From the NCBI RefSeq assembly GCF_018350175.1, contig NC_058368.1, forward strand, positions 22,508,001 through 22,572,000: a DNA stretch of 64,000 nt, given 5' to 3'. Shown here in pieces: positions 13,170-25,793 of the stretch. Under the pieces are notes generated by a model. It ran no database searches and was not told the DNA's origin. It saw only the letters and a program-made list of their open reading frames with translations. A program made the translations under genes and the position numbers. Within the stretch, counting starts at the first letter, position 1. The number at the start of each line of letters is the position of its first letter. The stretch is from Felis catus. Taxonomy: Eukaryota.

Positions 13170-13335
13170 TGGAGTCCAAATTTTAGAGTTGGAAGGGCTA
13201 ATGGTGTCTAGCTGGATCCCTCAGTTTCCTAAGAGGAAATCCAGAGAAGTTAAGTGATTTGTTCACAGGCATCAGCTCATTAGTAGCTGAAAACACATTG
13301 GGACACAGGTGTCCAGCTCTTGGTCCAGGTATTCT
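13170..13335 (-). mobile_element. MIR/MIR3 fragment
   Basis: TTTTAGAGTTGGAAGGG..AGAGAAGTTAAGTGATTTGTTCA. Confidence 0.65.
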
Positions 13336-14957
13336 TTTTATTTTCCCACATAGCCAGAGAGAGAGAGGGCTTTGTGAAAGAGAGAGACAAAACCACATAG
13401 AACTACAGGAAACCAATTCTGAGATATTATTTCTTGTGGTTAAGCCAGAAAAGTGATTTGATTGAACCTCTCCCTTCCACCCCACCCACCTCTTTCTTGA
13501 TAGGGTTGTATGCCCAACTCTAATTACAGCAAAGGTCAAAGGCAAGAAAACTACATTTCTAATACAGAGATGAATCCATTTCCCGATACAGAGATTGTGC
13601 CAGGATCAATTTCATTGTGTGTCACCAAACCTTCCTGGCGGCCATCGGTAATTTTCCAGACTTATGTCTACGCTGAGTCTGAGGTTGAATCAACACTGGG
13701 GGTTATAACAGAGGCGCAAAGTGAACACATAAAGCTCAAGATGGTCTGCAAATGGCATTACAGGTGACATTCTGCCCAGAGCACACTCTGTATGCTGAGA
13801 ACCTCTTTCCTTCCTCCAATTTGCTGTGCTCGCCTGCATGCAAATGCAAGAGGGAAATCTAAGACCAGTTACTAAGGAGACAAAACAGGTGCTCGCATGA
13901 GTCATCCTCTCTTTGGAGGGAATCTGGGTAAATTTTCTACGGTAGAAGCTTCAGTAGTGATTAATTCACTTTTGACATCCATTTTAATGCACAAGGGCTG
14001 AAGAATTAATTTAAAATTAAACCTTACTTTTTTCCACAACACTGGCAGGTGAAAGCAGAAAATGTTTCACTATGGCTTGGTCTGAGGTTACAGGAGAATC
14101 CCTGCGGTCTCATGGAAGGAAGGAGAGAGGCAGAAGCTTCTGAATGAATAGGTGGCTCTGTCTCTGGGCTGAGGATCAGCATGGGTGACAAATAAATCAT
14201 TTGGCCCAGTAAAAAGAGCTGGAGAGATGTTCAAGGGATGCTATCTTGTGCTAAATCCTACAGAACAGCCAGTCTCACCCAGGCTGTCCACCTTGATAAG
14301 ATAAAGGAGTTGGCTTGGGTTGGGGTTGGGGGAGACAAGAGGAATACAACTGAGTTTTTACTTTCATTCTGGGAAGTAGCAGCATATGGAAATATCATGG
14401 GTTTAGCAATCAGATGGGTATTGATTGCAAACCCAGTAATACCCCTTAATAGCTCTGGCCCTTAACCTTTGTGAGCATGGATAATATGTGAACAATGCTG
14501 GCCTCACAAGGTCGTTGTGAGGACACACACATAGCAAGCACCTAAGAAATTTGGAATTCCATTCCCTTATCCTATAACCTATAAATACAATTTTAGATAG
14601 AATCATAGAATCCCAGAAATGGAAAGGGGCATTAGTGATCTTACTTGGCCATTCAGAATGTGTGAAGAAATTCCAACCCCTCTAAAAGGAGTCCAAAGGT
14701 CTTCCAGTTTGTGCTTAAACACTTCCAGTAAGAGGGAATTTCCACTTCTAGAAGGAAGACCTCTTATCATCTGATAACTATTTTAGGAAGTCCTTTACTT
14801 ATTTACCTTAGTTTGAACCCCTAAAGACACATAGAATAAACAAATCTAATCATTCCCACAGGTAACACAGTACTTATTTTCTTCTGATGAGTTATGTTCC
14901 TAACATGATATACAACTTTCCTTCATTATTCTGATGGCTATTTCTCCAAAATTTTAT

Positions 14958-15415
14958 TGCAGAGACTGTGGGCCAGCCACCAAAATCCATTCTGTCTCCT
15001 TTTCTACTATAGAATTATAGTTGGGTAGATGGGGCATCTAGATGAACTATGTTTCCTAAACTTCCATGCGGTTAGGTATGGACAGACTGAGTGACAGTGG
15101 AATGTGGGCAGAAACGGTGAGTGCCAATTCTTGGCCAGCACTTTAAGATAGTGGATATGTCTTCTGTGTGCCCTTCTTCTATCTGTTCAACTGTAACCTG
15201 GTTAGAGTGGAGACCCTTAACCCTGTGGCAGATGATAATGCTCTGGTGGATGATAAAGCAATAATGATGGAAGGAACCTGGTTCCTTGAATAATCACATG
15301 GAACAGAGCCACATACCATCCTAGAACACTCAGTTGGGGCTGTTACAGAAAAGAGAAGCCACTGTATCAACGGATCTCATTGTATCAGAAGCCTGGACTT
15401 ACATGAACTAAAATA
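14958..15415 (+). mobile_element. MaLR solo LTR (MLT1I/J-like)
   Basis: CACCAAAATCCATTCT..GGTTAGGTATGG..GGAATGTGGGCAGAA..GAAGGAACCTGGTTCCTTGAATA. Confidence 0.7.
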
Positions 15416-15859
15416 GGTCCTCTAAAGTGTTCCTGAGAAATGGGTCCAATGACCAGGTCGTGTTGGATTTCACTAGAGCAGAACACTTCCCTCTTTTGTA
15501 GCATACTATCATATTTTATAAATGGAATATAATACTAATTATTCTTGTGTAGTCACATTATATTGATTAAGATAAGCTAAAACCTTATGACTTTTTTCCT
15601 GTGTGTTGCTAACCCCATATCCTCCAACCCATACTTGCAGGATTGGTTTCTGGATACAAGCGAAATTCCTTAAACTTATCCTTATTAAACATCAACTTGA
15701 TGGATATAATCTACCATTTCAGTTTGCCAAGATCTTTTGTTTTCTGGTTTGTCATAGAATCTCTTGCTTGCTCCTCTCAAGTTTCCAGTGTACCATATAT
15801 TTTTTCATTTTTAATTTCATTTTTAATTTTTTAATTAAATTAAGTTACAATAAATTAAA

Positions 15860-15870
15860 TCAAATTTTAA

Positions 15871-15932
<62 letters not shown>

Positions 15933-16096
15933 CACACAAGCAGGGGAGAGAGGCAGAGGGAGAGAGAGAGAATCTCAAGCAGGCTCCATGATCAGTATGA
16001 AGCCCGAAGTGGAGCTCAATCCCACGACCCTGGGATCATGACCTGAGTTGAAGTCAAGAGTCAGACACTCAACTGACTGGGCCACCCAGGCATCCC
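15860..16096 (-). mobile_element. Can-SINE with compound (TG)n(AG)n microsatellite
   Basis: GAATCTCAAGCAGGCTCC..GATCATGACCTGAG..GCCACCCAGGCATCCC. Confidence 0.92.
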
Positions 16097-17418
16097 AGAT
16101 CCATATTTTTGAGCTGGTATGCCAGCTATAGCTTTGGTTTGGTGTAATTTCATATTTTGATGCTGATGTTAAGGAATAAAATACCTTATATATTTTTTCT
16201 GCTAAAACGAAACTAAAGTCCTCAGTCTGCAGCTTCACAGCATGGTTATGGTTCCCTACAGTGCAAGTAACATTTACAGGGCTGCCCCTCACATCAGCGC
16301 ATTACAATGAATAGTGCAAAAATGGCAGTTAGCACTAACGTGCCAGGAACTGTACTTAGCCCAACGTCTGTCGTCTCTATCTTGCAGCAGGTGTCAAAAC
16401 CTTGTCCACCCACAGGGTGGTACCGCTTGTCTCTAAATGGAAAAAAAGCCCAGCTATTCTGCTTCTCACTGAATGAGCTCCCTTTGTTCCTTCTCATTTG
16501 TAGACCTACATCTGCAGACAGGAGCATATAAACAAATGTGTTACCATTTTAATTATCTGTCATCTGTAAATGGATACACTAATGTAGCAGACTAATTAAA
16601 AATTAACAATGCAACCTCACTCTGAAACTAAAAGTCAAGTTTTAGCTTCTAGGAACTATTTAGGATCAGAACACAATTACTGAATAAAAATAGTTCAACT
16701 CTGATTAATTTTAGTAGAAACGAGGGGGCTGATAATACTTGCTAGCCATATTGAATTAGAGCTCCAAATTACCTTACATTTCTGTATGTTTCTCCTGCCA
16801 AACGTAATGCCAGCTCTGGTTGAACAACTGGGTTGGGAGGACCATCTTGGACGGGGACCCTTTTGGTGCACCCTGCTGTGTCCTGGGCTTCTGCAGCATT
16901 CTCTTCCCCTTGGGTTCCATCATCACTTCCAGAATTCCCAGGCTCATTAGGAAATTTCTAGCTGGAAATTGGAAAGCCTAGTATTCCAGTTCTATGCCGA
17001 CTTGAGCTAGTGGCCTTAAGCAGGAAGATGTGATATGCTAGATCAAAAGCATACCAAAACATCACAGATGGCCTGTGTTTTGAGTCCTGTTTGAAGTGAA
17101 TTTCAGTGTCACTAAAGTTCAGAAATGGAATAAACCCTAGAGATACTGGAGGGATTTGGTATGTTCCTGCAGAATAAGAACTTAATCAACCATGCCTGGA
17201 ACAGAGTGGGTGTTCCACAGAGCCTGACCTCTGAACACCAGCTAACATCTGTTAGAGTCTTCCAGTTTCTCTGCCTTCCTTGGCCTCAGAGAAGAACATT
17301 TTTAATTGATCAATGATGAATACTTGGAAAGGTCTTTCCATCTTAGCATCTCTCCCATGTTTATCTGTATAACTTCTTTATGCTCCTTTTTCTGTAGTCT
17401 TAATAAAATTGTGTGGAA

Positions 17419-17635
17419 GGGCCTCCTGGGTGGCTCAGGTGGTTAAACATCCTGATTTCAGTTCAGGTCATGATCTCGTGGTTTATGAGTTCGAGCCCTG
17501 CATCAGGCTCTGCACTGACAGTGCTGAGCCTCCTTGGGATTCTCTCTCTCCCTTTCTCTCTCTCTCTCTCTGCCCCTCCTGTGCTCATTCTCTCTCTCCT
17601 TCTCTCTCTCTCTCTTAAATATAAATACAGTTTAA
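17419..17635 (+). mobile_element. Can-SINE
   Basis: Head GGGCCTCCTGGGTGGCTCAG; TSD AAAATTGTGTGGAA. Confidence 0.93.
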
Positions 17636-17879
17636 AAAATTGTGTGGAAAGTAACAGCTCCCTGTAATTCCCGTTGAAGCTCTGTCTTTCCTCGTTGGCC
17701 CACCTTTTTCCCATCTTGCTTTTCCACACAGTTCCTCCACACTTTCTCACAGGGCAAAACTGCCACAGTTCCTTCTTAGCATGAAGAAAAACATTTCATC
17801 TCTAAAAGTTTTTCCTTTTGATGATGTAGTTATCCAATCTGGCCCTCTTCTCACATTCCCCATCTTAGCCAATGGCACT

Positions 17880-19055
17880 ATTATGAGCTTTTAGCTCGCA
17901 GATGATTTCCTCAGCCACGTCCAATCTTCCAATAAGACCATCAAAGGCATTCTTCATTTCTGTTGCTGTGTTTTTTATCTCTAGCATTTCTTTCTGGTTC
18001 TTTCTGAGGATTTCCATCTCTCTGCTTACATCACCCATCTGTCCTTGAATGCTGTCTACTTTATCCATCAAACCATTGTAAGATATTATAATATCTTATA
18101 AGTTATTAATCATAGTTGTTCTAAATTTCCTACCTGATAGATAATTCCAACGTCGCTGTCTGGTCTGCTTCTGAAACTTGATCCATCTGTTCAAACTGTG
18201 TTTTGTTTTTTTTTTTTGCTTTTTAGTGTTCTTTGTAATTTTTTCTTGGTGGGTGGACATGATGTACAGAGTAAAAAGGAACTGCTGTAAATAGGCCTTT
18301 AGTAATGTGGTCATGATGTGTGCGGGAGGGGAAATGTTCTACAGAAAAGGCTACAGCCTGTGATTAGGTCTCAGTCTTTCAATGAGCCTACACCACTGGA
18401 CTGTGAGCTTTCCAAGTGTTTCTCAGCCCCACCCACCCCCACCCCCACTCTAAGGTGGGAACAGGATTGCCAGAATGGACTGGACTTGGTTATTTCCCTT
18501 TCTCTGGTTGGTTAGGCTCTGATAATACCCCAGCAGGATAGGCTCTGGTTGACTAGTTCTCCATGAAGGTAGGCCTAGTTAAGAGGAGCAGAGTGTGTTG
18601 GCATAGTTCAGAACAGTTCCTTTTCCCCGCCCCCTGCCTGAAACACAACAGGATTATTTTTCCTCTAATATTTACTGTAAGAACCTGGTTGAGCTCCTGA
18701 AGGTAAATCTCCCAATATTTGCCATCACATAGTGGTTGATATAGGGATGAGTTTGCTCATAACTGGGTCCCCTTGGCATTTTTAACTCTCAATTGTCACT
18801 GATTAGGATCCAAGTTTTACCATTCTGACATTGGCTCCAGTGGTGGTTTCTGCTCATGAATCTCTGCTCCCATAATTCAGATTTCTCTGTATTTTGCTTT
18901 TTGGCCCTTTCTTAGGGGCAACAGTTTGCCCTGCATCTTCTCCTCTCTTATGGATCCAAGGAGAGTTGATGGTTTTTCAGTCTGTTCAGTTTTTTTACTT
19001 GTTAGGACTGAGTGGTGACTTCTGAGCTCTTTATGTGCAGCACTGGAAACACAAA
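17880..19055 (-). mobile_element. Old L1 (L1MC-like) 5' region with an ORF1 coiled-coil remnant
   Basis: ORF 17865-18071 MDKVDSIQGQMGDVSREMEILRKNQKEMLEIKNTATEMKNAFDGLIGRLDVAEE is typical L1 ORF1p; upstream sequence resembles an L1 5'UTR. Confidence 0.88.
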
Positions 19056-19811
19056 GTCCTCCTCTTATGAGTTTTTAATGAGTTTCGGAGTCCATCTAGT
19101 TGTGTGACTCATAAACCTAGAGTCATTCCTACACCAACTACTGAGCCCTGTTGACATTTATCTCCTAAATATCCCATGACTCTGTTCATTTCATGTCCTC
19201 TGTGATCTCCACACTGGCCCAAGCCACCATCACCACCTCCCAGCTCCACTATCCCCCAGTGAGAACCCCCTGTGACCGTTCCACACCCTGAACAAAATTT
19301 CAGAACCAAAATCTCCATATTACTAATCTTCTTTCAAAACCCTGTGGCTACGAGAGCCAGGCCTTTGCTGTTGGAAAGCCCCTAAACACACATCAACAGA
19401 AATTTCCTAGGTTCTGCAGAAAAGACACAGAAAATTCTTAAATGCAATCCAGTAAGAATTTCATCACTCAGAAGTGGGATTTTAAGCCTGTGTGATGTGA
19501 AGGGCTGAGTAGGCAGAATTGTTGCCTTCCAAGGCTGCACAAGTAACTACGGGAAACCCCCGTGGTTCAGACCTTTCACATTTAAAGGACTGGCCAAGCT
19601 GCTGGCCATGATGAGGACCAGAGGGAGGATCTGGGAGGTATCTTTTGTCCATGTTCTTCTTATGCTCACTTTGATGCTTAAAAAATCTTGTGAGAAGAAC
19701 TGATTGGTGCCAGAAGATTTCATTTCCCCCATCCTCAAGTCCAGTCCTGGCCTTCTTGTTTCTGAGTTATCTTATAGTGACTGCTCACAGTTCCCATACA
19801 ACAAACTCCTT

Positions 19812-20028
19812 AGGGCACCCAGGTGGCTCAGTCAGTTGAGCGTCTGACTCTTGATTTCAGCTCAGGTCATGATCTCATGGTTCGTGAATTCGAGCCCTGA
19901 GCTGGGAACTGTGCTAACAGCTCAGAGCCTGCTTGGGATTCTCTCTCTCTCTCTCTCTGCCCCTCCCTTGCTCGTGCTTGGGGCACACTCTCTCTCAGAT
20001 GTAAATAAATAAAACTTAAAAAAAAAAG
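19812..20028 (+). mobile_element. Can-SINE
   Basis: GGGCACCCAGGTGGCTCAGTCAGTTGAGCG head; AAATAAATAAAACTTAAAA tail. Confidence 0.93.
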
Positions 20029-20059
20029 ATACACTACTAAGTGTGGCTTCTGTCTTGCT

Positions 20060-20420
20060 CTGCTTTCCCTAACTCTCTCTGTCCAGACACAATGACTTTC
20101 TAGTTCTTTATATTTGCCACCAATACTCCCTCCTGTCCCATATCTGTTCTCTTAGCCTGGGGTGCTCTTCCCTCCTCTTCTCAACTGAGTAACTTACACT
20201 CATCTTTTTGACCTCAGCTCAAGTACCATTTCTTCAGAGAGGAATTTCCTGTCATCAGTGTAGTTTGCATATCTGTGTGATTATTTGACTAATGTCTATG
20301 TTCCAGGAGAGTCAGGACAATGTTTTGTTTTGTTTTGTTTTGTTTTGCTTACTATTGTTTCTCCTATGCCTAGCCTGGTGCTTGATTGTTGTAGGTACTC
20401 AATAAATATACTGAATGAAT
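20060..20420 (+). mobile_element. L2 LINE 3' end
   Basis: CTCAGCTCAAGTACCATTTCTTCAGAGAGG..GTAGGTACTCAATAAATATACTGAATGAAT terminus. Confidence 0.8.
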
Positions 20421-20570
20421 TAATGATAGCCCTCATATTTATTGTAAAGAGGAATCATTGCATAACTGACATTTCTTCTCTTTTTGGATGGGGTTTGGTA
20501 GTTTGTCAACAAGTATTTATTGAACTTGTACGAGATGGAGAATACTGTTGTCTGTTCTTATATATTTTAA

Positions 20571-20780
20571 TTTTTTTAATGTTTATTTATTTTTGAGACA
20601 TAGGGAGACAGAGCACAAGTGGGGGAGGGGCAGAGAGAGAGGGAGACACAGAATCTAAAACAAGTTCCGGGTTCTGAGCTGTCAGCACAGAGCCTGATGC
20701 GGGGCTTGAACCCACGAACCATGAGATCATGACCTGAGCTGGAGTCAGAAGCTTAACCGTCTGAGCCACCCAGGCGCCCC
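20571..20780 (-). mobile_element. Can-SINE (SINEC_Fc-type)
   Basis: Ends GCCACCCAGGCGCCCC; TSD TGTTYTTATATATTTTAA. Confidence 0.95.
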
Positions 20781-20889
20781 TGTTTTTATATATTTTAATA
20801 GTCCCATGGTATGTGGTATGTGAATGCTGTGATTTCAAGGGAGAAAAATTAGGCATAACAAAGGGGGGCTGATCTTTTTCATCATCTTT

Positions 20890-21115
20890 AAAAAAATTTT
20901 TTTTTTAATGTTTATTTTACTTTTGAAAGAGAAACAGAAATAGAGCACAAGTGGGGAGGGGCAGAGAGAGAGAGAGGGAGACACAGCATCCAAAGCAGGC
21001 TCCAGGCTCTGAGCTGTCAGCACAGAGACCCATGCAGGGCTCAAACTCATGAGCCATGAGATCATGACCCGAACAGAAGTTGGACGTTCAACCGACTGAG
21101 CCACCCACGTGCCCC
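20890..21115 (-). mobile_element. Can-SINE (SINEC_Fc-type)
   Basis: Full body; TSD ATCTTTTTCATC. Confidence 0.95.
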
Positions 21116-21218
21116 ATCTTTTTCATCTCCTTTAAGAAATATGTTAGAGATAAGTAACCAGAGACCAACAAGCAAGGAATGAAATCACTTCCAAAAATAA
21201 CACAAAAGACAAGTTAGT

Positions 21219-21520
21219 GGATGTGAGGGCGATCTGGCTGCGACATCTGTCACCCCATTGATCGCCAGGGTTGATTCGGCTGATCTGGCTGGCTAGGCGG
21301 GTGTCCCCTTCCTCCCTCACCGCTCCATGTGCGTCCCTCCCGAAGCTGCGCGCTCGGTCGAAGAGGACGACCTTCCCCGATAGAGGAGGACCGTTCTTCG
21401 GTCAAGGGTATACAAGTAGCTGCGCTCCCCTGCTAGAACCTCCAAACAAGCTCTCAAGGTCCATTTGTAGGAGAACGTAGGGTAGTCAAGCTTCCAAGAC
21501 TCCAAAAAAAAAAAAAAAAA
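21219..21520 (+). pseudogene. RN7SK: 7SK snRNA processed pseudogene (about nt 1-286, 3'-truncated, poly(A), TSD)
   Basis: GGATGTGAGGGCGATCTGGCTGCGACATCTGTCACCCC...CAAGCTTCCAAGACTCCA matches recalled mammalian 7SK almost perfectly; A run at 21504-21524; TSD AAAAGACAAGTTAGT at 21204-21218 and 21521-21535. Confidence 0.97.
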
Positions 21521-23459
21521 AAAAGACAAGTTAGTGATGGAGCTCAGAATTATGGAAGGAAAGTTATCAACTTCTTCCTATTCCTTCAGCGACTTTGTAC
21601 ATTTTTAAGGATTTCTCTGTTCTAGACGAGTGCAGTCTGACCTGGTGACCTACCACAGGTAGTTCCGAGTCAGCATTACATAATACATGCCAGGCAGTCA
21701 GTGTGAGCTGGTGTAAGTTTTTGTCTCCAGAGAGGGAGAGAAGCCGTTCTACAGCCGGGTCCCGGAGAGGGTCAGCATCTGCAGGCCTGTCGCATCCCAC
21801 AAAAGAAAGAGAGTCCCATTCTTATTCTGTAGACTGCTGCTGGTTTCGAGAAATGCCACTGATCTCACCACTCATTTGTGTGGACTGCATTTCATCTACT
21901 GAATGGTTGTGTAATAAGAAAAGTGATTCAAGGGGAATTCAGGCAGCAGGCTCGCTTGCCAAATGTTAACTTCGGTCTGAACACCAAATCACTGATGTGC
22001 ACCATGTGCAACAACACGATTTTGTCTGCCACAGCAGGTACTGTGTGGATGGACCTCAGGGAAGGCTCCAGGGAGGGGGGTTTGGCTGGTACAGAAGAGC
22101 CAGGAGTGAAGGTTGGGCCTTGAGGCCTTTCTTGATGGGCAGTGGAGCACTAGTGAAATAAGGACTTGCTTTATAAATATCTGAGGGTTGTTGTATGGTA
22201 TGTATGTCTCACTGGAGAAATATTATGCATCTTAAGAGCATTTTTGTGGAGAACATGCTGTTGTTTCGTCGACTGTTAAACCAGAAGCTTAAGAAGAAGA
22301 AAACACTCTTATTTATCCCAGATGTCCACTGGAAACTCAGTGTACTAAACTGAGGAGCTTATTCAGTGCCTGGACAAGTCATGTCTCCTTTGGACTTGCT
22401 TTCCAGGGCATGGTAATAGAATGTGTCTCCACACCTCCCATTCATTAAATATTTTGCAGGTTATGAAATTAATTTTTAAAAATGGTTTTAAAAAAAATCC
22501 CAAATCATCAATGATTCAGCCCAAGATGAATGCCCTTTCAAAAGATGTGGATTAAAAGGTAGGTCAAAGTAGGTGGGGGTTTATGAGATACAGAAAAATG
22601 TGGAGTTGTGAGCATTTTGATATGAAAAGGATCGGTTGTGAATTTTGAAACCCGAGATCATAGGTGGAAAATCGTCGATTGTTGCTTTTGGCTGTCCAAC
22701 ACTGAGCCCTTTCACAGCATCCTGATTTCATTGGAGGGAATTGTCCTTCCCCCACATGTGTCCTGTGTCGCTCTGATAGCACAGGGAGCACTGGGTCTTC
22801 CTCCAAGGAAACTGAAAGGAATCCATCCTCCTTCTCTCTCGGGGGTGATCTGGGCTCAACCAATCAGGCTCACTGTGTCAGGAAGTGGAATCTGGGAAAG
22901 TAGGAAAAGAACAGAGAACTGGGCCATTGTTGCTGGCTGACCAACCCACCCACTGTGCTGTGTGGCTGTGGTTCTTGTTGCATCCGATCTTCTGGGTTCC
23001 CTTGGTTCCTGTGGGTTTTAACAACTTACTGCCTTCAGGCCCTGTTGTCTGAACCCTCATATGTCCTTCCAACAGATTCTTTCGGCTTAAGATAGTCAGA
23101 GTTGGTGATTAATATACAAATGGTAAATTAATATGAAGAAGACCATTGAGATGGTACGAAATTAAAAAATATTCAAGGGCATCCACTCAGGAGAAGGCAG
23201 GGCTTGAGAAATTCTGGGTCAGAGTCAGAGGCTGTTTCTGGGTCAGGATTCCGGGAGCCCGAGAGAAATGAGAGAAGTGGGACTTCCCAGGTTCTAACAT
23301 AGACCTGAGGAGAATCAGAATCAGAATCATTACCTCCCCTTACTGCAATGACCAAGGACACAGAGAAAAGCAGAATTACCATGGCAGCAATACAGAAATG
23401 ACTTAAGGTTTCTCATAGTGAAAATTTCACTTGAAAAATTAGATACATCATCTTTGGAA

Positions 23460-23900
23460 GAGAAAGCAGAACAAGGGAAGTTGAGGCCACACAGAGAAAG
23501 GCCAACATAGAAAGCAGTTACCTCCCATCCCTGGCTAGAAGGACAAAGGGAGGAGGTGGTAGAGCATAGGAGGAACTGGGGAGGGGGTTCTGCACTGCAA
23601 AGGCTAGAACTTAGGAGGGACTTTCGACAGGTGGGAGCAGGAATTGCAGAAGAGGCACAGGGACTCACGGAAGTACAGTCTCCATGGCACAGACAGAGGG
23701 TAAGACATGCACTGGCTTCTCCATCCTCCCCGCCCTTCAGTCTCCTCTTGCCGCCCACTGGCTGGCCCCTGCTGGAAACCAGGTGAGGGGAGTCTGGAAA
23801 ATGCAGCTTGCAGGGGGATGCATATGAGGGCAAATAGGCAATGACCCCACTGAGTGGAGACAGGGGTAACCTAGCCAGGAAGGACACTGTGATATTCAAA
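23460..23900. mobile_element. Probable old LTR remnant (ERVL/MaLR class)
   Basis: CCCACTGGCTGG..GGGAGTCTGGAAAATGCAGCTTGCAG motif typical of old ERVL/MaLR LTRs; family unresolved. Confidence 0.4.
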
Positions 23901-23961
23901 GGTAAGATCTGAGGAGGAATCAAACAGCATGACCTTAACCATAGCTGTTTGGAGGAGACTG

Positions 23962-24440
23962 ATCCTATTAGTCTCCTAATGTTGCTGTAACAAATCATCA
24001 CACGTGTATTGGCTGAAGACAGCACAAATTTGTTCTCTTCCAGTTTGGGGGGTCAGAAGTCTAAAATCAGTTTCAATTAGCTAAAGGCAGGATGTCATCA
24101 GGACTGATTTGTTCAGGAAGCTTCAAGGGAGGACCCATTTTCTTGTCATTTTCAGCTTCTAGAGGCCACCTCCATTCTTTAGCTTGTGGCCCTGTCTTCA
24201 AATCACTCCAGCCTCTTGCTCCCATTGTCATATCTCTTCTGATTCTTACCTTCCACCTCTCTCTTAGAGGGACTCCTTGTGGTTACACTGAGCCCATCTG
24301 GATAATCCCGGATAATCTCTCCATCTCAAGATCCTTGATGTAATCTCATCTGCCCCGTCCCTCTTGCCATATAGGGTAACATATTCACAGGTCCTGGGGA
24401 TTAGGACATGAACATCTTCAGGGTCCAATATTCAGCCTTC
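23962..24440 (-). mobile_element. MaLR solo LTR (MLT1B/C-like)
   Basis: TTGCTGTAACAAAT..GTCAGAAGTCTAAAATCAG..CCCATCTGGATAATCCCGGATAATCTC..GGGGATTAGGACATG. Confidence 0.88.
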
Positions 24441-25793
24441 TGGATGGTGAATCCTTGGAGCTGAGTCAAACTGCAAGGTGTTGCATGTGACTGGGAATAG
24501 GCAGGGGATTTCCAGCTTGTGTCTTGAGGTCCAATTTTCTCATAGTAAGATAAGACATGTTGCACGTTGCATGTGTGTTGTGCTGCTGTGGAATTGGCAT
24601 CACAGAAGAGAAGGAAACTTGAATCAGACTCTCAGGGGGCGGTATTATGGAGAAAACATTCCCATTGGTTCCCATTGGGCTGAGTCACCCCCTATAGCAT
24701 CAGTGACAGAATCCACATGCAAGCCCACATCCTTTTGTGCTTTTCCTCTTGTCTCTGGATCAGCTGGGAGTTTTCAAGGCAAGTAAGGAAAAGGTGTGAA
24801 AGGAGGGCAGAATTCAGTTGGATTTCACTAAAAAGACAGCAAGTGTGGTGGTCTGCAGACATGAATGGTAATAAAAGAGCCTAAAATTCAGTGAGGTACA
24901 AAAGAAAATAGCTTAGCCTGGATAAGGGGTTGAAAACTTGAGATTATAAAGCAAAAGAATTACATAAAGCATAATTTTAAACCAGGAGCAACTCACCCTA
25001 TTTGAAGGATATGGGATTTGGCATTCTTTATTGTCATAGAGATTATCTCCAAAAAGCTCAGTATGTCCTTCAACAACTCAGAAAGAATCCCCTAGGATTT
25101 ATTTATCCTCTAGGCCTGCATGCTGGCCTCAGATCTCTGATCAATAAGCAATCTCAGGCTGCCTGAGATAATGATCCTATTGTGGTCACTGTCAAGGCAA
25201 TAACCTCAACTCACCTAAGATGTGAAACTGTAAGTAAGAAGAATTGAATATGGAGATATTGAAATGTAACAAACCCATACGGTTAATGTATGTGTGTTAA
25301 GTACACGAATATTTCATGAATGCTTGATAGTAAAATATGTTGTGTCTTATAGAATTTAGTATTTTAGAGAAATTGACAGATTAGTCTTGTGCATTCACTT
25401 TAAAACGTGTGATTGATTTTAGGCTTGTCATTTAAGAAAAAAAAAAAACAAGAAAAATGGACTTAGCCTGTAAGCTGTATTACTCTGTTTAAAAGAACTT
25501 AAAATTTTAATTCCTTAGATTTACCAAAGTACCTAAATGCTTGAAGGAAGTATTATTTCTTCTGGTTGCAAACCTGCTCACTTAGGCATTTGGAGAGCTT
25601 AAAAAGAAATGGAATAAGTTATTTTTATTAATGAAGTTTAAAATGTTAAAAAGGGTCTCTGATTAAGTTAGGGATTCAGTGTCACAGATGCATAGCATGT
25701 TCAATATGAACAGATCAGGTAGCAACCAAAGGCCTCATTGTTTTTATTTTATAAAATTTATCAGATTTATAAATAGCCTAATAAGATTTTTAA

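Larger units (their letters stand above)
14595..16260 (-). mobile_element. Fragmented CR1/L3 LINE, interrupted by an MLT1 LTR and a Can-SINE
   Basis: ATAGAATCATAGAATC 3' terminus; TGTGCTTAAACACTTCCAGT; ACTTATCCTTATTAAA..TTGCCAAGATCTTTTG resumes after the LTR. Confidence 0.5.

Noticed and set aside
13510..13767. 85-aa ORF in unique sequence
   Set aside because: No recognisable homology or convincing splice context; the length is compatible with chance.
21219..21520. Functional 7SK gene
   Set aside because: It lacks the 3' ~46 nt and the T-run terminator, has poly(A) and a TSD, and upstream lies a SINE with no evident PSE/TATA type-3 promoter.
23330..24025. Longest ORF in the window (231 aa, minus strand)
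   Set aside because: It starts inside an MLT1 LTR, crosses another probable LTR remnant, and shows no recognisable domain or exon structure.
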